Of a stretch of DNA of 64,000 nt, positions 36,039 through 48,320 are shown piece by piece; position 1 is the stretch's first letter; the number at the start of each line of letters is the position of its first letter. Origin of the DNA: Trichodelitschia bisporula. Lineage: Eukaryota. The stretch spans positions 1,861,803 to 1,925,802 of the forward strand of contig ML996687.1 in assembly GCA_010356995.1 (NCBI GenBank), read 5' to 3'. A program made the position numbers and the translations under genes. The notes under the pieces were generated by a model. That model ran no database searches. It had not been told where the DNA came from and saw only the letters and a program-made list of their open reading frames with translations.

Positions 36039-38694
36039 GGCCTCCGATGGTAAGGGTGCGGGTCTGACGACGACTCCAGTGTGAAGTTCGGTGGGAGGAA
36101 ATGTTGTTGCGGGGGGGTGCTGTCAGAGACTGTCTGTGGGTCGTTCGTGGTGATATACTTGAGCAGTCGGATGCTCGCGGTGCCCGACTCCACGATGTTG
36201 CCGTAGCGTGGCAAGTACTGGAAGTGGAAGGGCTGAGAGCCGGATGATACAGTCGAGTCCAACGGTGCTGTAGGCGAACGAGACGTAGTCCGTATTTCCT
36301 CGTGTTTTCAATCGCAGGCTAGAATGAACAACGTGCCTCAGTCCCAGCGTGGTGATAACGAGTAGAGAGTAGAGAGCAAGTTGAAATTTTAGGTGAGTGA
36401 ACGATAAATTGGTAACAGAACCGGAGAAGGTCGAGATCGAGGGACTTCAACGGCCTGACTGGGGGGCCGGATGGAGTGGAGAAGGGGACTCCGAAGATCT
36501 GAGGGGGTGGGGGCGCCTTAGTGGCCCTCGTTTTGCTCGCCGCTCTCTGCCTCTTGGGCTTATGAGCCTAGGCCTTTTTGGTGCAAATGGACTGTTGCTG
36601 GGGCGAAGATCAACTTGTCTGGCCTGGTCTGTTTCTTAACCTGGAGGCTTGGAGGTGAAGCCTTGGTGGAAGGAACGAAGGACGAGAGGGAGCCACGCTG
36701 ACGAGGCCCACAGGGCACATAAGGAGCTCCTGGTAAAATGCGATACAGCTTGGGCCCTCTTCTTTAGGATAGCTGGATTGCCGTAGAGACAAAAGTGAGG
36801 GCAGGAGATGAGGAGGTAGAGGGTTGGAAACTAAAGAGGTGAAGAGGTCGAGATGACCCTGAAGGCGACGACTCGATTGTTCTTTCCTCATTCCGAATGC
36901 ACTACCATGTCCCAACAGCATCCCAATTCACCCACCATCACCATCACCACCACCCCACCTGCTGCTGCACCCCAAAAAACCTGGACGATATGCCGCTTTG
37001 CCGCCTCCAACTCCAGACCGCCTGCTAATTGGCCCCTCGTGGCAGCGGGCCCAGCCGTCTGGCGCACTCGCCCGATTTGGCCAATCGCGCAGCTGGCACA
37101 ACGGAGAAGAGAGAGAAGCGAAGGGAAACCTGGGAAGACCACCGGACACACAGGCACTCGATCATCAGTCCTCCAAGGCAACCCCAACAGACACCTGCTC
37201 CTCGGCCTTCCGGGTTTCGAAGTCGGGAGATACAAATCTGGCCTGGACCTGCAGCGGCATCCGAGGGCATCCGAACCCCATCGCCGTTCACTGCTCTGGC
37301 GAAGCTGAACAACGGAACCATAAGAGCTGATGAAATGCACACCAATATCAGCCACCGGCAAAATTCATATTTTAAGCAAAGATGGCCCCCATACATCCGT
37401 ACACCAAGAAAAAAAAACGTTATCAACTCCCCTCCCCCCCCAAAAGCGTGGACATCGCACCGCCCAGGTTGGCCAAGGCGTGCGTGCGCTATAAGACCGC
37501 TTCTAGACTCTTGCAGGCCACAACCCACGCTGCACGCTGAGGCCTTGTGCGGTCTAGATCTTTTGCGGGCCTGGGGTGCCACGGATCAAGAGTATCGGTC
37601 AGAGCACCGCATTTACAGCTGCTATTACTGCTGATGAGTGGCCTTGTTGGGTGTTGGCGGTGTGGTCTTGGAGGGGAAGCTTTTTTGGCGGGATAGTGTA
37701 CAAAGTACCCGGTTCGGGATGCGGCTGCGGGAGGGCCGGGTAAAGATTGGAGTCTCGCAGCTCGACGTCATTGGACATCCTAGCCATGGCGGACCCCGAA
37801 CCCTGTTACGTCGGGCGAATCCTAACGAGCCATTTTTCGGCTCCGCAGCCTATCGAAGACCAGAGCTCGGATCTGGATGGAAGCCATTGTGCTCCTCACT
37901 ATCATTTAGGCCCTAATGCTCCCGCGATGTCCATCGGTGTAACAATTCTTTAGGGTTCCCCTTGGTGCTGCTCGAGTGGAACGCTAAGAGTACGCAAAAG
38001 CTGTCGACCGGTTATCAGTTCATTGTTCCTCCCAGCTTCCGGAGACATCGACCTGTGCTTTGTTCGATACGTATTGGATTGCCAGTTACTCTAATTGACC
38101 AATGCCAGCTGTCGGTACACTGCGTGAATGCATCCGGGCTTTTAATATGCCCTTCCGAGGCAGACGAGGAGATTCCCGCTCCGTTCACAATCCGATAGTC
38201 GCCAAACGGACTTCCCGAAGACAAGTCTCAGCCTGCAACGTTAGAACTCCCATTCCGGAAGCGCTGGAATTCCTCGAAGCGGCAAGCGACTACTGAAACT
38301 CCACGATCTCACAACGTCAACTCATCCGCCAGCCTCGTCAACCACCTAGCCCTTGGCATAACGGCCCACGCTTGGCGCCCCCCTCCTTTACGGAGACTCA
38401 TCCGGCCCCCCCTAACGCCAGCATCAATCCTGCATTCACCGTTGGCCAGCATCATGCACAACGAACAGCTTCCAGCCGCATAAGGAATCAACTCCGAGCA
38501 ACAACCTCGCCGACAACATCGCATCTGCATCGCGCACCCGCGCCGATCTCTTCCCTTTACGAATCACTCACCGCGTTGGCGTGCTTCGCGCGCAGGCAGC
38601 GTGGCTAAAAAGTCGGCAGCGGAAGTTGAATAAGGATCGGCGCGCAAACTACCGCCTTGGGTTCGCGCTGAGGGGTGCGGGGTTGCCGTTTGAT

Positions 38695-39080
38695 TAGGGT
38701 ATCAATCTTGGCGTCAAGTAACTTTAGTTAACAAGTCAAGAAAGATTGTCCGAAACTCAATCATCATCCACTATCATTGGTGATTGATCGATGTTAAGTA
38801 ATGAAAAAAAAGTATTATGTAGCCCGTTTTTAACCCAGATCTAACCTGATTAGGCATAGTATGTTTTAACTGACCAATGGTATGCAGCATAGGGCGGTAT
38901 TATATTTATATAACACGCTTCACACACCTTCTTTACACATCAAGCCATTATCGCCAATCAACTACAATCAACTACAATCAACTACGCTTACTTGATTGAC
39001 GTTATGACTGACACTTGGCGTCAAGCTTGGCGTCCAGCTTGGCGTCAAGTATCCATGTAAATCATCTATACGACGCCCTA
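38695..39080. mobile_element. Non-autonomous hAT-like MITE (386 bp) with 8-bp TSD CGTTTGAT
   Basis: TSD at 38687-38694 and 39081-39088. Termini are TAGGGTATC and (reverse complement) TAGGGCGTC. The interior is AT-rich, with subterminal CTTGGCGTC(A/C)AG repeats. Confidence 0.8.
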
Positions 39081-39584
39081 CGTTTGATACGGTTTTACGG
39101 CGCGCTGCAAGTCGCCCCTCATGTGACGCTTGGCGTGGCCGTTTCTCTGAAGATCGTCTCCTTGCGCTGCCGCGACGACGGCGTACTACTGTAGTAGGGA
39201 GCCCTTGGTGATTGTGCTATTACTATTCCCCTCCTCGCGCGTGGGATCCACCGGGCGCGAAAGAAATGCGCGGGGGCAGAATTCCATCTCCGCGGAGGCT
39301 GTGCAAGCAGGCCGCGTCAGGCTCCAAGGCCGATTCATTGCCTTTTCTTGGCCCTGGTATATGAGGGCAATATATGTCTGCGAAACGCGTGTGAGCGCGT
39401 TGCCGTCTCTTCCGGACCCGAATTCTGGTGATTGTGTACGGATGCGGTGGAGCTGGTCGGGGCCGCTGTGCGCCAGGTGGGACGATGAGACGAGATGAGC
39501 GGGTACAAAGGGTATCAGATTGCGGAGTTCGAGGGCTTGAGTTGTGCAACACCTTTCATTCTGCCACTGACGACCCTAGATCGA

Positions 39585-40739
39585 CTATTCTAGGCGGACC
39601 TCTGTATCCATCTCCTCGGAGGACGGGAGAGTCATGCTCTCGGGCGGTGTTGCTTTGCAACGTCGGAGAAGTATGACGATCTGTTCCAGATCGCGTACTG
39701 TGTACAAGACAGGCTTCTCGCACGTGGGAAGCACGACCTCCGAGCCCTCCGTCTTGAGAACCAACTTGTCCAGCTCTTTGACAGCGACACCGACCCGCTC
39801 CAGCGTCCCGGCCAGTTCCTTCTGACTTGACGTCATAGGCTCGTCGCGGAAGATGATGCCGATATCGGCCTCCAACAGAGCGCCGAAGTCAGTCACGCTA
39901 TCTCCAACATAGACAATCAAATCCGGGCTGCTCACGATGCGCTCCTCTCTTATGACGCGCTGCTTGTCGGCGCTGGTGAGGATGTCTTGTTTGAAGAGAC
40001 GGCCGGTAGTACGGCCATTGGCGAATGTGGGGAAATGGAAGAATTCGTTCGCGATAACCTTGCAAACCCTTTGGCATGCCCGCAGGGTGTTCTTCTGTGC
40101 ATTATCAGGGAGCATGTGCTGAAAAGCGAAAGCGATGAATGTGTGGATAAAGTCGGCACTCCAGTTGACACTGAGGACATCGATCTTCCATCTATGGGGG
40201 ACAAAAAGACGGTACCATCCGTCGCGCAGTTTGATTTTCGCTTCTGGATCAGAATCGTGCCTCGAGGCAAGATGTCTAATGAAAGCTCTGAGTTCTCGAC
40301 GGTGTACGTTGTTGAAGATTTGCGCCTTCTCGACGCGCCTGATGCTGCGAAGTTCCACAGGCCGTAGGCTCTCGAGCCAGGCATGCTCCTGCTCGATGGT
40401 GTGGCGGTCTTCAGCCCGGGGTGTGTATGCGGCGGTATGTGCTTTAAGGTCTGCGGCATAAGCCTTGACGATGGAATCCCATGGTCGGAGATGCACTTGT
40501 TCGTCCCAAGGCTTGCCATCGTTGGCATCTGCAGCATTGGAGTATCCTAACTCCGCCACGACATGCATAGTGTCCTTTTCCGTGATTGTACCGTCCCAGT
40601 CAATGAACACGTGAACACGCATTTTGGCAAGAGGCGATGGGTGGAAATGAATGTTGCGATGGCGGAGAGGTGGATGCAGGCGGTTGGTGAACAAGCCGTT
40701 GGAAGTGAATACTAGCCGCCGGAAGACGGAAGAAGACAT
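39585..40739 (-). CDS. HAD-superfamily hydrolase (CTO1-like); possible mitochondrial presequence, alternative start 40622
   Basis: Motif I 'FIDWDGTITEKDT', 'VLSVNWS', and motif IV 'YVGDSVTDFGALLEADIGI'. Confidence 0.85.
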   Translation of the reverse strand: MSSSVFRRLVFTSNGLFTNRLHPPLRHRNIHFHPSPLAKMRVHVFIDWDGTITEKDTMHVVAELGYSNAADANDGKPWDEQVHLRPWDSIVKAYAADLKAHTAAYTPRAEDRHTIEQEHAWLESLRPVELRSIRRVEKAQIFNNVHRRELRAFIRHLASRHDSDPEAKIKLRDGWYRLFVPHRWKIDVLSVNWSADFIHTFIAFAFQHMLPDNAQKNTLRACQRVCKVIANEFFHFPTFANGRTTGRLFKQDILTSADKQRVIREERIVSSPDLIVYVGDSVTDFGALLEADIGIIFRDEPMTSSQKELAGTLERVGVAVKELDKLVLKTEGSEVVLPTCEKPVLYTVRDLEQIVILLRRCKATPPESMTLPSSEEMDTEVRLE

Positions 40740-41359
40740 TACCTTGCGCCTTGATTAGAGATAAACAAATGGAGTATCTTTGCCTACTCTTGCTTTATAG
40801 ATGAAGTCGTGATGCGACGAGTCTGCGAGTGTGGATGTACCGTAACGTGACAATAGAAAGGCTTGGATTGGAAATCTGATCTAGAGGGAATGCCGACTCC
40901 ATATAATCGCAAAAGACTGACAGCGACTCCCTCTCTTGCAGGATCGCAATGGACGACTTCCAACAAGGTCCTTCCGGTTGACCCAGATCTTACCCTCTGG
41001 AAGTCATCAACTGCTTCCCCGTTGCCCTCCCTGACTCCTGTAAATACTCCGGTGAAGGCATACCTGTCTGACAGCGAGGAAGGATTGCGACCTAAAATTT
41101 GGTCCTATCAAAGCATTGAAATCAAAAGTTTGTGTCGACCATTGCAAGTCGTGTGAGCGGTATTCGAACAAAAGTAGCGGCCAGTTTTCGTCACGGGAAG
41201 ATTAGGAAAGCGGACGCTGCCATTGGCCAGGCCTTGTTTCGGCATTTCGGCATCGGCTCATGGGTCGAGAGGATCAGACCTCACCAGAACATCCTTCGCT
41301 CCACAACCACCATCACTAGCTCTCCTCTCTCCAACATTCCCTCGAGAACCGCCTTCGCG

Positions 41360-42357
41360 ATGGCAGCCCTGCGATCTTCCGCCCGCCTGGCCCGCAGCTT
41401 GCGAGGTGAGTCCCATTGGCACACAACAGTGCCCCCACCCGCAACAACCGCCACTGACGCTCACAGTGCCCCCGCCTTCGTTCGCGCGCACATACGCCAC
41501 GCTCAATCCCGCCGTGGCCGTCAGCGAAGCGACCTCGCAGAGCACGCCGGTCAAGGGATCCAAGGGCACAGTACAGGAGCCGGCGCCCTCCAAGGAGCCC
41601 AAGATCAAGACCTTCCACATCTACCGCTGGAATCCCGATGAGCCGAGCACCAAGCCGCGCATGCAGACGTACACGCTGGACCTGAACAAGACGGGCCCCA
41701 TGATGCTGGACGCGCTCATCCGTATCAAGAACGAGATCGATCCAACCCTCACCTTCCGCCGATCGTGCCGTGAGGGCATCTGCGGCTCCTGCGCTATGAA
41801 CATCGACGGCACTAACACCCTCGCCTGCCTGTGCCGTATCCCCACGGAAACCACGAAGGAGTCGCGCATCTACCCGCTCCCGCACACGTATGTCGTCAAG
41901 GACCTCGTGCCGGATATGACGCAGTTCTACAAGCAGTACCGCTCGATCAAGCCGTACCTGCAGCGCGACACCCCGCCGCCCAATGTTCGCCCCTCCCCCT
42001 CCCTCCTCTCCGGGCTCTGCTAACACCCCGTAGGGCAAGGAATACCTGCAGTCGCCCGCTGAACGGCGCAAGCTGGACGGACTGTACGAGTGCATCCTCT
42101 GCGCATGCTGCAGCACGTCCTGCCCGTCGTATTGGTGGAACAGCGAGGAGTACCTCGGCCCCGCGATCCTGCTGCAGTCCTACCGGTGGATCGCAGACTC
42201 GCGCGACGAGCGCAAGGCCGAGCGCCTGGACGCCCTGAACAACTCGATGAGCCTGTACCGCTGCCACACCATCCTCAACTGCACGCGGACGTGTCCCAAG
42301 GGCCTGAACCCGGCGCTCGCGATTGCTGAGATCAAGAAGAGCATGGCCTTTACTTAG
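41360..42357 (+). CDS. SDH2: Succinate dehydrogenase iron-sulfur subunit; introns 41406-41466, 41985-42033
   Basis: Motifs '[14 protein letters not shown]', '[18 protein letters not shown]', '[17 protein letters not shown]'. Confidence 0.98.
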
Positions 42358-42829
42358 ATCCCTGTTCCGATTCTGGCGTGGGCGTGGATGTGGATGCATG
42401 TTCAGGCGCTTTTGTATGAGTTAGCGTGATGGGCTGGGTGGGCGGGGGGATTTCGGCTGGATGGATGGGCCTATTTGCGTTGCTCAGGATGTATAAAATG
42501 GTCGACCTAGGAGCGCAGACGACTTCAATTTTTTAGGTCCGCGAGGGGAGTAGCAATAGAAAAGGTCCGAGGCTGATCCAGGCTGCAAATGTCATTATTT
42601 TCCTTGAGGAGATGTCTACGTGCTGATCATTATGAACTGGGCATCTTGGTAGCCAGGTGCTGAATCCAAACACCCCTCTATCCATCACCGTTAACGAAAG
42701 TTCAACCCTAGCTGACAATCACTCGCATTTCCGCCCCACAAGCCGAGCCCGAACGCTTAGAATTACCAGCTAACAGCCGAGAATATATTCCACTCGCCCC
42801 AGACTCCAGAGATGCAGCCGTTGTTCATC

Positions 42830-43496
42830 CTACTTCCCCCCCTCACCCACCACATTCGCCACCTTCTGCGCCGCTTTCACGACTCCGCCTTCAACCTTCT
42901 GCATCGCCTTCCCCGCCTCGGCCTCCGCCTTCTCCTTGCCTCCCCAGCTGCGAGCGCGTGTCAGTGCCGTTCTGTAGGGAAATCGTCCGTGGGGGTGCTC
43001 ACTTGTGGTACGTCAAATAGCGATATCCCTGCGTCAACTGCGCGCTGAAATTGATAAGGTGGCACCCGAACAGCAGGTAGTTCTTGGGCGCGACGGCGAG
43101 GGAGTAGCGCATGAAGGTCATGGAGTAGACGACTAGGGCGCCGGTCATGGGTCCGGAGATACTGTCATCCATCAGTTATTATCCCTCTAAAAACAATCGA
43201 ACCCGAATGGGGGGTTGTGTAAGGCCGGAACTCACATCGCCGGATCCTTCTGCGTGTCCATCACCGCCGCAAGCGGGATACCGAAGTTGCTCACCGGGCC
43301 CCAGAAATCTGCCCCATCAGCCTGTACTCTTATCCGCACCCCAATGCCTCCGCCGCCGCACCCGCCGCAATTGCAGCACAGGTGCTAACGGCGTCACCGC
43401 GCGGGAACCGGGGGGAAACATACGGGTCGAGCAGATGTAGTCCGAGTAGGGATTGGACCGTATGCGCGCATTGATAGCCTTGATAGCCGCCGCCAT
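42830..43496 (-). CDS. MPC1: Mitochondrial pyruvate carrier 1; introns 43309-43423, 43162-43235, 42948-43002
   Basis: Spliced reading: 'DYICSTH|FWGPVSNFGIPLAAVMDTQKDP..ISGPMTGALVVYSMTFMRYSLAVAPKNYLLFGCH'. Confidence 0.95.
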
Positions 43497-44010
43497 GGTG
43501 AATGTGCAGGTATGGTATCGAAGGGAGGGGGCTTCGAGGAACTGTCGTTTGTGAGTCCGAGTTCCTGCTCGTTGCTGCTTTGCTGGGATGCTACAACTCC
43601 GCTTACGGGCCAAGAGTTGTGCACCCCGGCGGAATTTTGGTTGGGGCCGGAATTGGTGCCTGAGGCTGGAATATCAAACACGTCGCGTGCCGATGGCTCA
43701 TGTCACACAAGACCAGATAATTGCCAGATAATTGCGTAGGGCGTCTTCAAATATGCACTATTAGGCAGTTGTCATTTTTGGTATCACGAGTTTTGATGTT
43801 CCGACATCGTGCAACCCTCATTCATCAGCCGTGCGAGTGTGCCGCTGTGCCCAACCAACCGCCCCAAACCAGCAAGTCCACCTCGGAGAGCACATTTCTC
43901 AGCCTGGTCTTAGGGTTGCAAATACAAGCCGCGCCGTTTTTAACGCCTTCGAGGTTCACTGCGCCTTCGTCATTCAACTGGAGATTACTTGCCTCCCGTT
44001 CAACAAGCCC

Positions 44011-44918
44011 TTACCGACCCCCAAAGCCCGGAGGAGGGAAGCCGCGGCCCTGCTGCGGAGGCTGGAAGCCCGGGGGGGGACCTTGCGGGAAGCCAGCTGC
44101 CAATCGTTAGAACTATATATCTGAAGATTATGGGAAGGATACTCACGGGGACCACCTGGAAGACCAGCAGCGGGGAAACCAGCGGGAGGAGCACCGAAGC
44201 CAGCTATGCTATGTTAGCAAAAGTCAACATTACATGACGGGGCCACCTACGAGGAGCACCAGGAGCACCTCCCCGGCCAAAGCCCGGAGGGGGGAACGGC
44301 GGCTGAAAACCAGGCGGTGCGGGTCCACCAACACCAGGCGCAGGACCCGTCAAGCCGATCGGCAGGCCACGACCAGCCGGCCTGCTAATGCCAGGACCAG
44401 CCGAGAGCGCCGCACCTGGCCCAGCACCGCCGGGAGCGCTGGTACCTAACCGCGAAGAGGGATCGGCTGGAGGAGGCCCCTCGATGGATAGGGAGACGAC
44501 ATGTGCCCCGCGGATAATTGTCAGGCCCAGTGTGCGCTTCTCTTCGACTTCGACGTCGGGACCGCTGCCCGGCTTCTTAGACCGGTTTTTGACGCGACGA
44601 AATTCTTCCGTGTCGGCGATGACGAGGTTCATGTGCTGTATGAGTTAGCGTGTCTACATTGAGCAAGAGAGGCATAAAAGATGCGCACCTTGTCGAATGC
44701 CATCAACTGGCCGGCAAACTGGCGGCCGTCATCGAACGTGATGCGCACGCGATAGTTTATCTGGCAGAGTTAGAGCCCCGGAGCGCACAGCTAGAGGGAG
44801 CCTTACGTAGTTTTGCTGTAAGATTAGAGGTCAGCTGGATCTGTCAACCCACGGATTCAACCTGGTGATGCTGGGGGAGAAGGCTTACCATCTTGCCCTG
44901 CTTATTGGCGGACGTCAT
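44011..44918 (-). CDS. SMB1: Sm protein B/B'; 5 introns, including a 9-nt microexon at 44807-44815
   Basis: MTSANKQGKM|QNY|INYRVRITFDDGRQFAGQLMAFDK|HMNLVIADTEEFRR..LGLTIIRGAHVVSLSIEGPPP, followed by a Pro/Gly-rich tail. Confidence 0.95.
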
Positions 44919-45207
44919 GACGAAGGCGGTGCGCGCGGACGCGACTTGAAAACTCCTAGAGCTGTATGTGGTGCTGCAGCTATGAACGAGGAGAATCTGT
45001 GCAAGTGCAAATGATAATGGGCGGGGGGGAAGCGTATCGGAGAGGTTGTTTGGTGGCAGGCGTCGATGAACGAGGTCGGCGAAACCCTTAGCTGTGTGGC
45101 CCGTGCGTTTTCGCTTGCTCTTGGCTCACACATCGACCACCAAAATCCGACACCCACCCACAACCTCAATCTTGCAACCCCGAGCCGACTAACCACCGCA
45201 GTTCAAA

Positions 45208-45882
45208 ATGGTACGCACCACAACTCGTAAACAAAAGCACCATCGCTGACAATGTCCAAGGCCTCAGAGAAGAACGACAAGTCCGCCAACCCCATGCGGG
45301 AGCTCCGCATCCAGAAGCTCGTTCTGAACATCTCCGTCGGCGAGTCTGGTGACAGGCTGACCCGCGCGGCCAAGGTGCTCGAGCAGCTGAGCGGCCAGAC
45401 GCCCGTCTACAGTACGCCCAATATCTCCCTTCTATACGACGCATTCTCACAATGAATAGGCAAGGCGCGCTACACCGTCCGCACGTTCGGTATCCGCCGC
45501 AACGAAAAGATCGCGGTGCACGTCACCGTTCGCGGCCCCAAGGCCGAGGAGATCCTGGAGCGTGGCCTGAAGGTCAAGGAGTACGAGCTGAAGAAGCGCA
45601 ACTTCTCCGAGACTGGCAACTTCGGCTTCGGTATCTCCGAGCACATCGATCTGGGCATCAAGTACGACCCGGCCATCGGTATCTACGGCATGGACTTCTA
45701 CTGCTGCATGTGAGTTGCTTGAGTCAGCATCCGCAGATAGTGCTGACCCCTTCAGGACCCGTCCCGGCGAGCGTGTTGCCAAGCGTCGGCGGTGCAAGAA
45801 CAAGATTGGCGCCGGCCACCGCGTCACCCATGCTGAGACCGTCAAGTGGTACAAGAGCCGGTTCGAGGGCATCGTTCGGTAA
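45208..45882 (+). CDS. RPL11: 60S ribosomal protein L11 (uL5); introns 45211-45260, 45412-45459, 45710-45755
   Basis: Motifs '[34 protein letters not shown]', '[18 protein letters not shown]', '[11 protein letters not shown]'. Confidence 0.98.
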
Positions 45883-46286
45883 AGGGTTAAAATGGGGTTC
45901 ATCGGCATTGAGGTCTTCGGGGCGAAATCCTAGGTTCGGCGCATCCATGGTTCGATAACGAGTGTACCTTAAAGCGCAGAATTTCATTGCGGCCTATCTC
46001 TGGGGCACCTCGGCAGCGATCACACTACAATGGAGGCGTCACTAGGGTGATGTTCCGCTTAACCATTGGTGATCTGCTTATGCCTACTCGAGTTCGCTCG
46101 AGAGACTGTGACTGAGAGCGTCACGGTCGGCGCATGCGTGATTGGCCAAGGTGACTTTTCATTCTGACTGCTAACAGCACCATACGGTACGCCAGAAGTG
46201 TCAAGATCGTTATCCCATGCCCTCTTTGTCATTTTACCACTATCTCCTGGTCCTTGAATTTTATAGCTAGTCACTGCTAACCCAGA

Positions 46287-46645
46287 TCAATTGTTACCGC
46301 CCCCCTTGGTGAAGCTTCCTGCATCAGCATTGCCCGCGTAGGCTGTATGAGACACCTACTTATGCCACATAGTCCCAAACATCCCCGGCTTTCCCGGCTT
46401 CTGGTCGTGGAAGCTCGCCCGACGTGCTGTTCCCTCTGCGTCATTGGGGTTACGCTTCTGCTGCATGAGATTGGCGAAGGCGCCCGAGGACTGAGGCGTT
46501 AGTTGGATGCTCTGTCGGAGCTGGGGAACGAGAAGGCAGAGCTACGTACCTTGCGCCGTTGGCTCGTAGGGCTGGACGGCGCGGAGTCCTGCTTTGCCTG
46601 CTCGGCAGCTTTGGTATTGGGGCTGGAAGTATCGGAGCTGGACAT
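46287..46645 (-). CDS. Small conidiation-specific protein 8 (con-8)-like protein, two introns
   Basis: MSSSDTSSP..SQRRK|SSGAFANLMQQKRNPNDAEGTARRASFHDQKPGKPGMFGTMWHN|FTKG. Donors are GTACGT and GTAGGT, each with a branch site. Confidence 0.7.
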
Positions 46646-47801
46646 GATGTTCGAGTTTGGTTACTGTGGTATAGCGGTGGATTTGGGAGGAGTGATGAGG
46701 GAGGGGGTGCGTCACGGGCATGGTTATATCCGCCTTACCCCGCAAGTGGCTGGCTGATCAGCACGGCTGTGGCACCTGGTTTGACTTGGGGAATTGTGGG
46801 GTGACGGTGGTTACGTCGTTGATTGGGCGGGGGTGTGGTGAGGTACCATTTGATGTAGGGCAATTTAATAGTCGTGATGTAGGTGCTTTGATGTGTAAAG
46901 TTGGGGGCATTTGATGTCGTGCTGGGGAACTCGATAGCTTCATACAGCGCTATTTATTGATACCAATAGTATGCTATCAGTTCAACACTAGCTATCAGCG
47001 AAATGATATAGATAGTTCATTCGAACACGCTAACCCAAGCACCGTATGTCCCAGTCCAATTCACTCCTACACTCAGCTCTCCCGTCCGAGCCACCGTATG
47101 TAAGGCTGAGGCCAGGTGGACCTCACTGAATGCAAGGTGTGCTTAGTGCCTTTCAGCTCGCATTGAAAAGGAGTCATACAGGCCTCATTTGGACTGAGCA
47201 TGAGCTGTGGGTCGTTTAGGAATGTGATATGAGAAGAGGAATGTAGCCCCTCGTATGTAGTGAAGATGATATGTCGAGTTCCCTGGGGTTAGAGATTCAG
47301 CCAAAGCCGGGCTCTGATATTGCGGCTTCATGGAAAGGAGAGAACAAGACAGCATTCCTTTTGCCCCGTGCAGGTACAGTTTCTACAAGACTCGTCTGCT
47401 CGATGTGAATTAAGAGAAGCGGGCGCGGGAGCTGCAAACAAAACGACGGGCCGCGGGGTCAGAAATTCGGGATCGGGATCGGGATAGAGATCGCCCCACG
47501 CCCCAAAAAGTATACAGCCTGACCCCGCCATCGGTATCGCTACTCTCACTACGACCTCCTCCGCCTCCACTCACGCATCCACGTCCTTACGGCCTCATTA
47601 TCTTCTCGCTCTACTTTTGGCTCCAGAGCTTCGTCTCATCGTCCTCTACTTTCTATCCCATCAAAAAGTGTCGGCGAACTCCACCAACATCGCTCTTTAG
47701 CACAGCCGCCACAGCTACCGCTTCACGACCTCTCCTCTACCCCCTCCTACCCTCTCCACACATCACCACCCTTCCTATCCAACTCCCCCGGAACAATCGC
47801 C

Positions 47802-48320
47802 ACGAACCCCCCACCGGCTCTGGTCCAGGCTCCCTACCCCTCCCACCTCCTCTCCTCCCCGACCCTTCCCCTCCCGAACCCAAGCCCTCCACACTCCACA
47901 TTCGAACAAATAAAAGCCGCCTACCGCACCGCTCTCCTCACGCACCACCCCGACAAGCTCTTCATCTCCTCTTCACCAACCCTAAGCAGACCAACAACAG
48001 ACGACATCCGCGCGGCCTACACCACCCTCCTCGCTCCGCCGGCAACAGCCACAGCCCCGACCCCACCCACCCCTCAGCAAAACCCCTCTTCCCACGGCGC
48101 GACTGCACAACAGGCCGGTTCCGCGCACGCCGTACCCTTCGACTTCGACCTCGAGCCCTTTAACCTTTTTACCGGGGCCTATAGCAAGCCCTGCCGCTGC
48201 GGCGCCGGGTATATGTTTAGCGAGGGGTGGTTGGAGGAGGATATGAAGTTGGGGAAGTGGGTGTCGCGGGTGCAGTGTGGGGGGTGCAGTTTGCGGGGTG
48301 GGATTGAGCTTGGTGGATGA
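47802..48320 (+). CDS. DPH4: DPH4/JJJ3-like J-domain plus CSL zinc-finger protein; start codon not identifiable (5' coordinate tentative)
   Basis: One frame contains 'FEQIKAAYRTALLTHHPDK' (HPD motif), 'DDIRAAYTTL', 'YSKPCRCGAGY' and 'VQCGGCSL'. The frame is open from 47523 to TGA at 48320. Confidence 0.7.
   Translation, partial: TNPPPALVQAPYPSHLLSSPTLPLPNPSPPHSTFEQIKAAYRTALLTHHPDKLFISSSPTLSRPTTDDIRAAYTTLLAPPATATAPTPPTPQQNPSSHGATAQQAGSAHAVPFDFDLEPFNLFTGAYSKPCRCGAGYMFSEGWLEEDMKLGKWVSRVQCGGCSLRGGIELGG

Noticed and set aside
46980..47330. Possible structured ncRNA (TGAGGCC/GGCCTCA pairing, CTGA boxes)
   Set aside because: No complete C/D, RNase P/MRP or telomerase-template signature; an Infernal/Rfam search would be needed.
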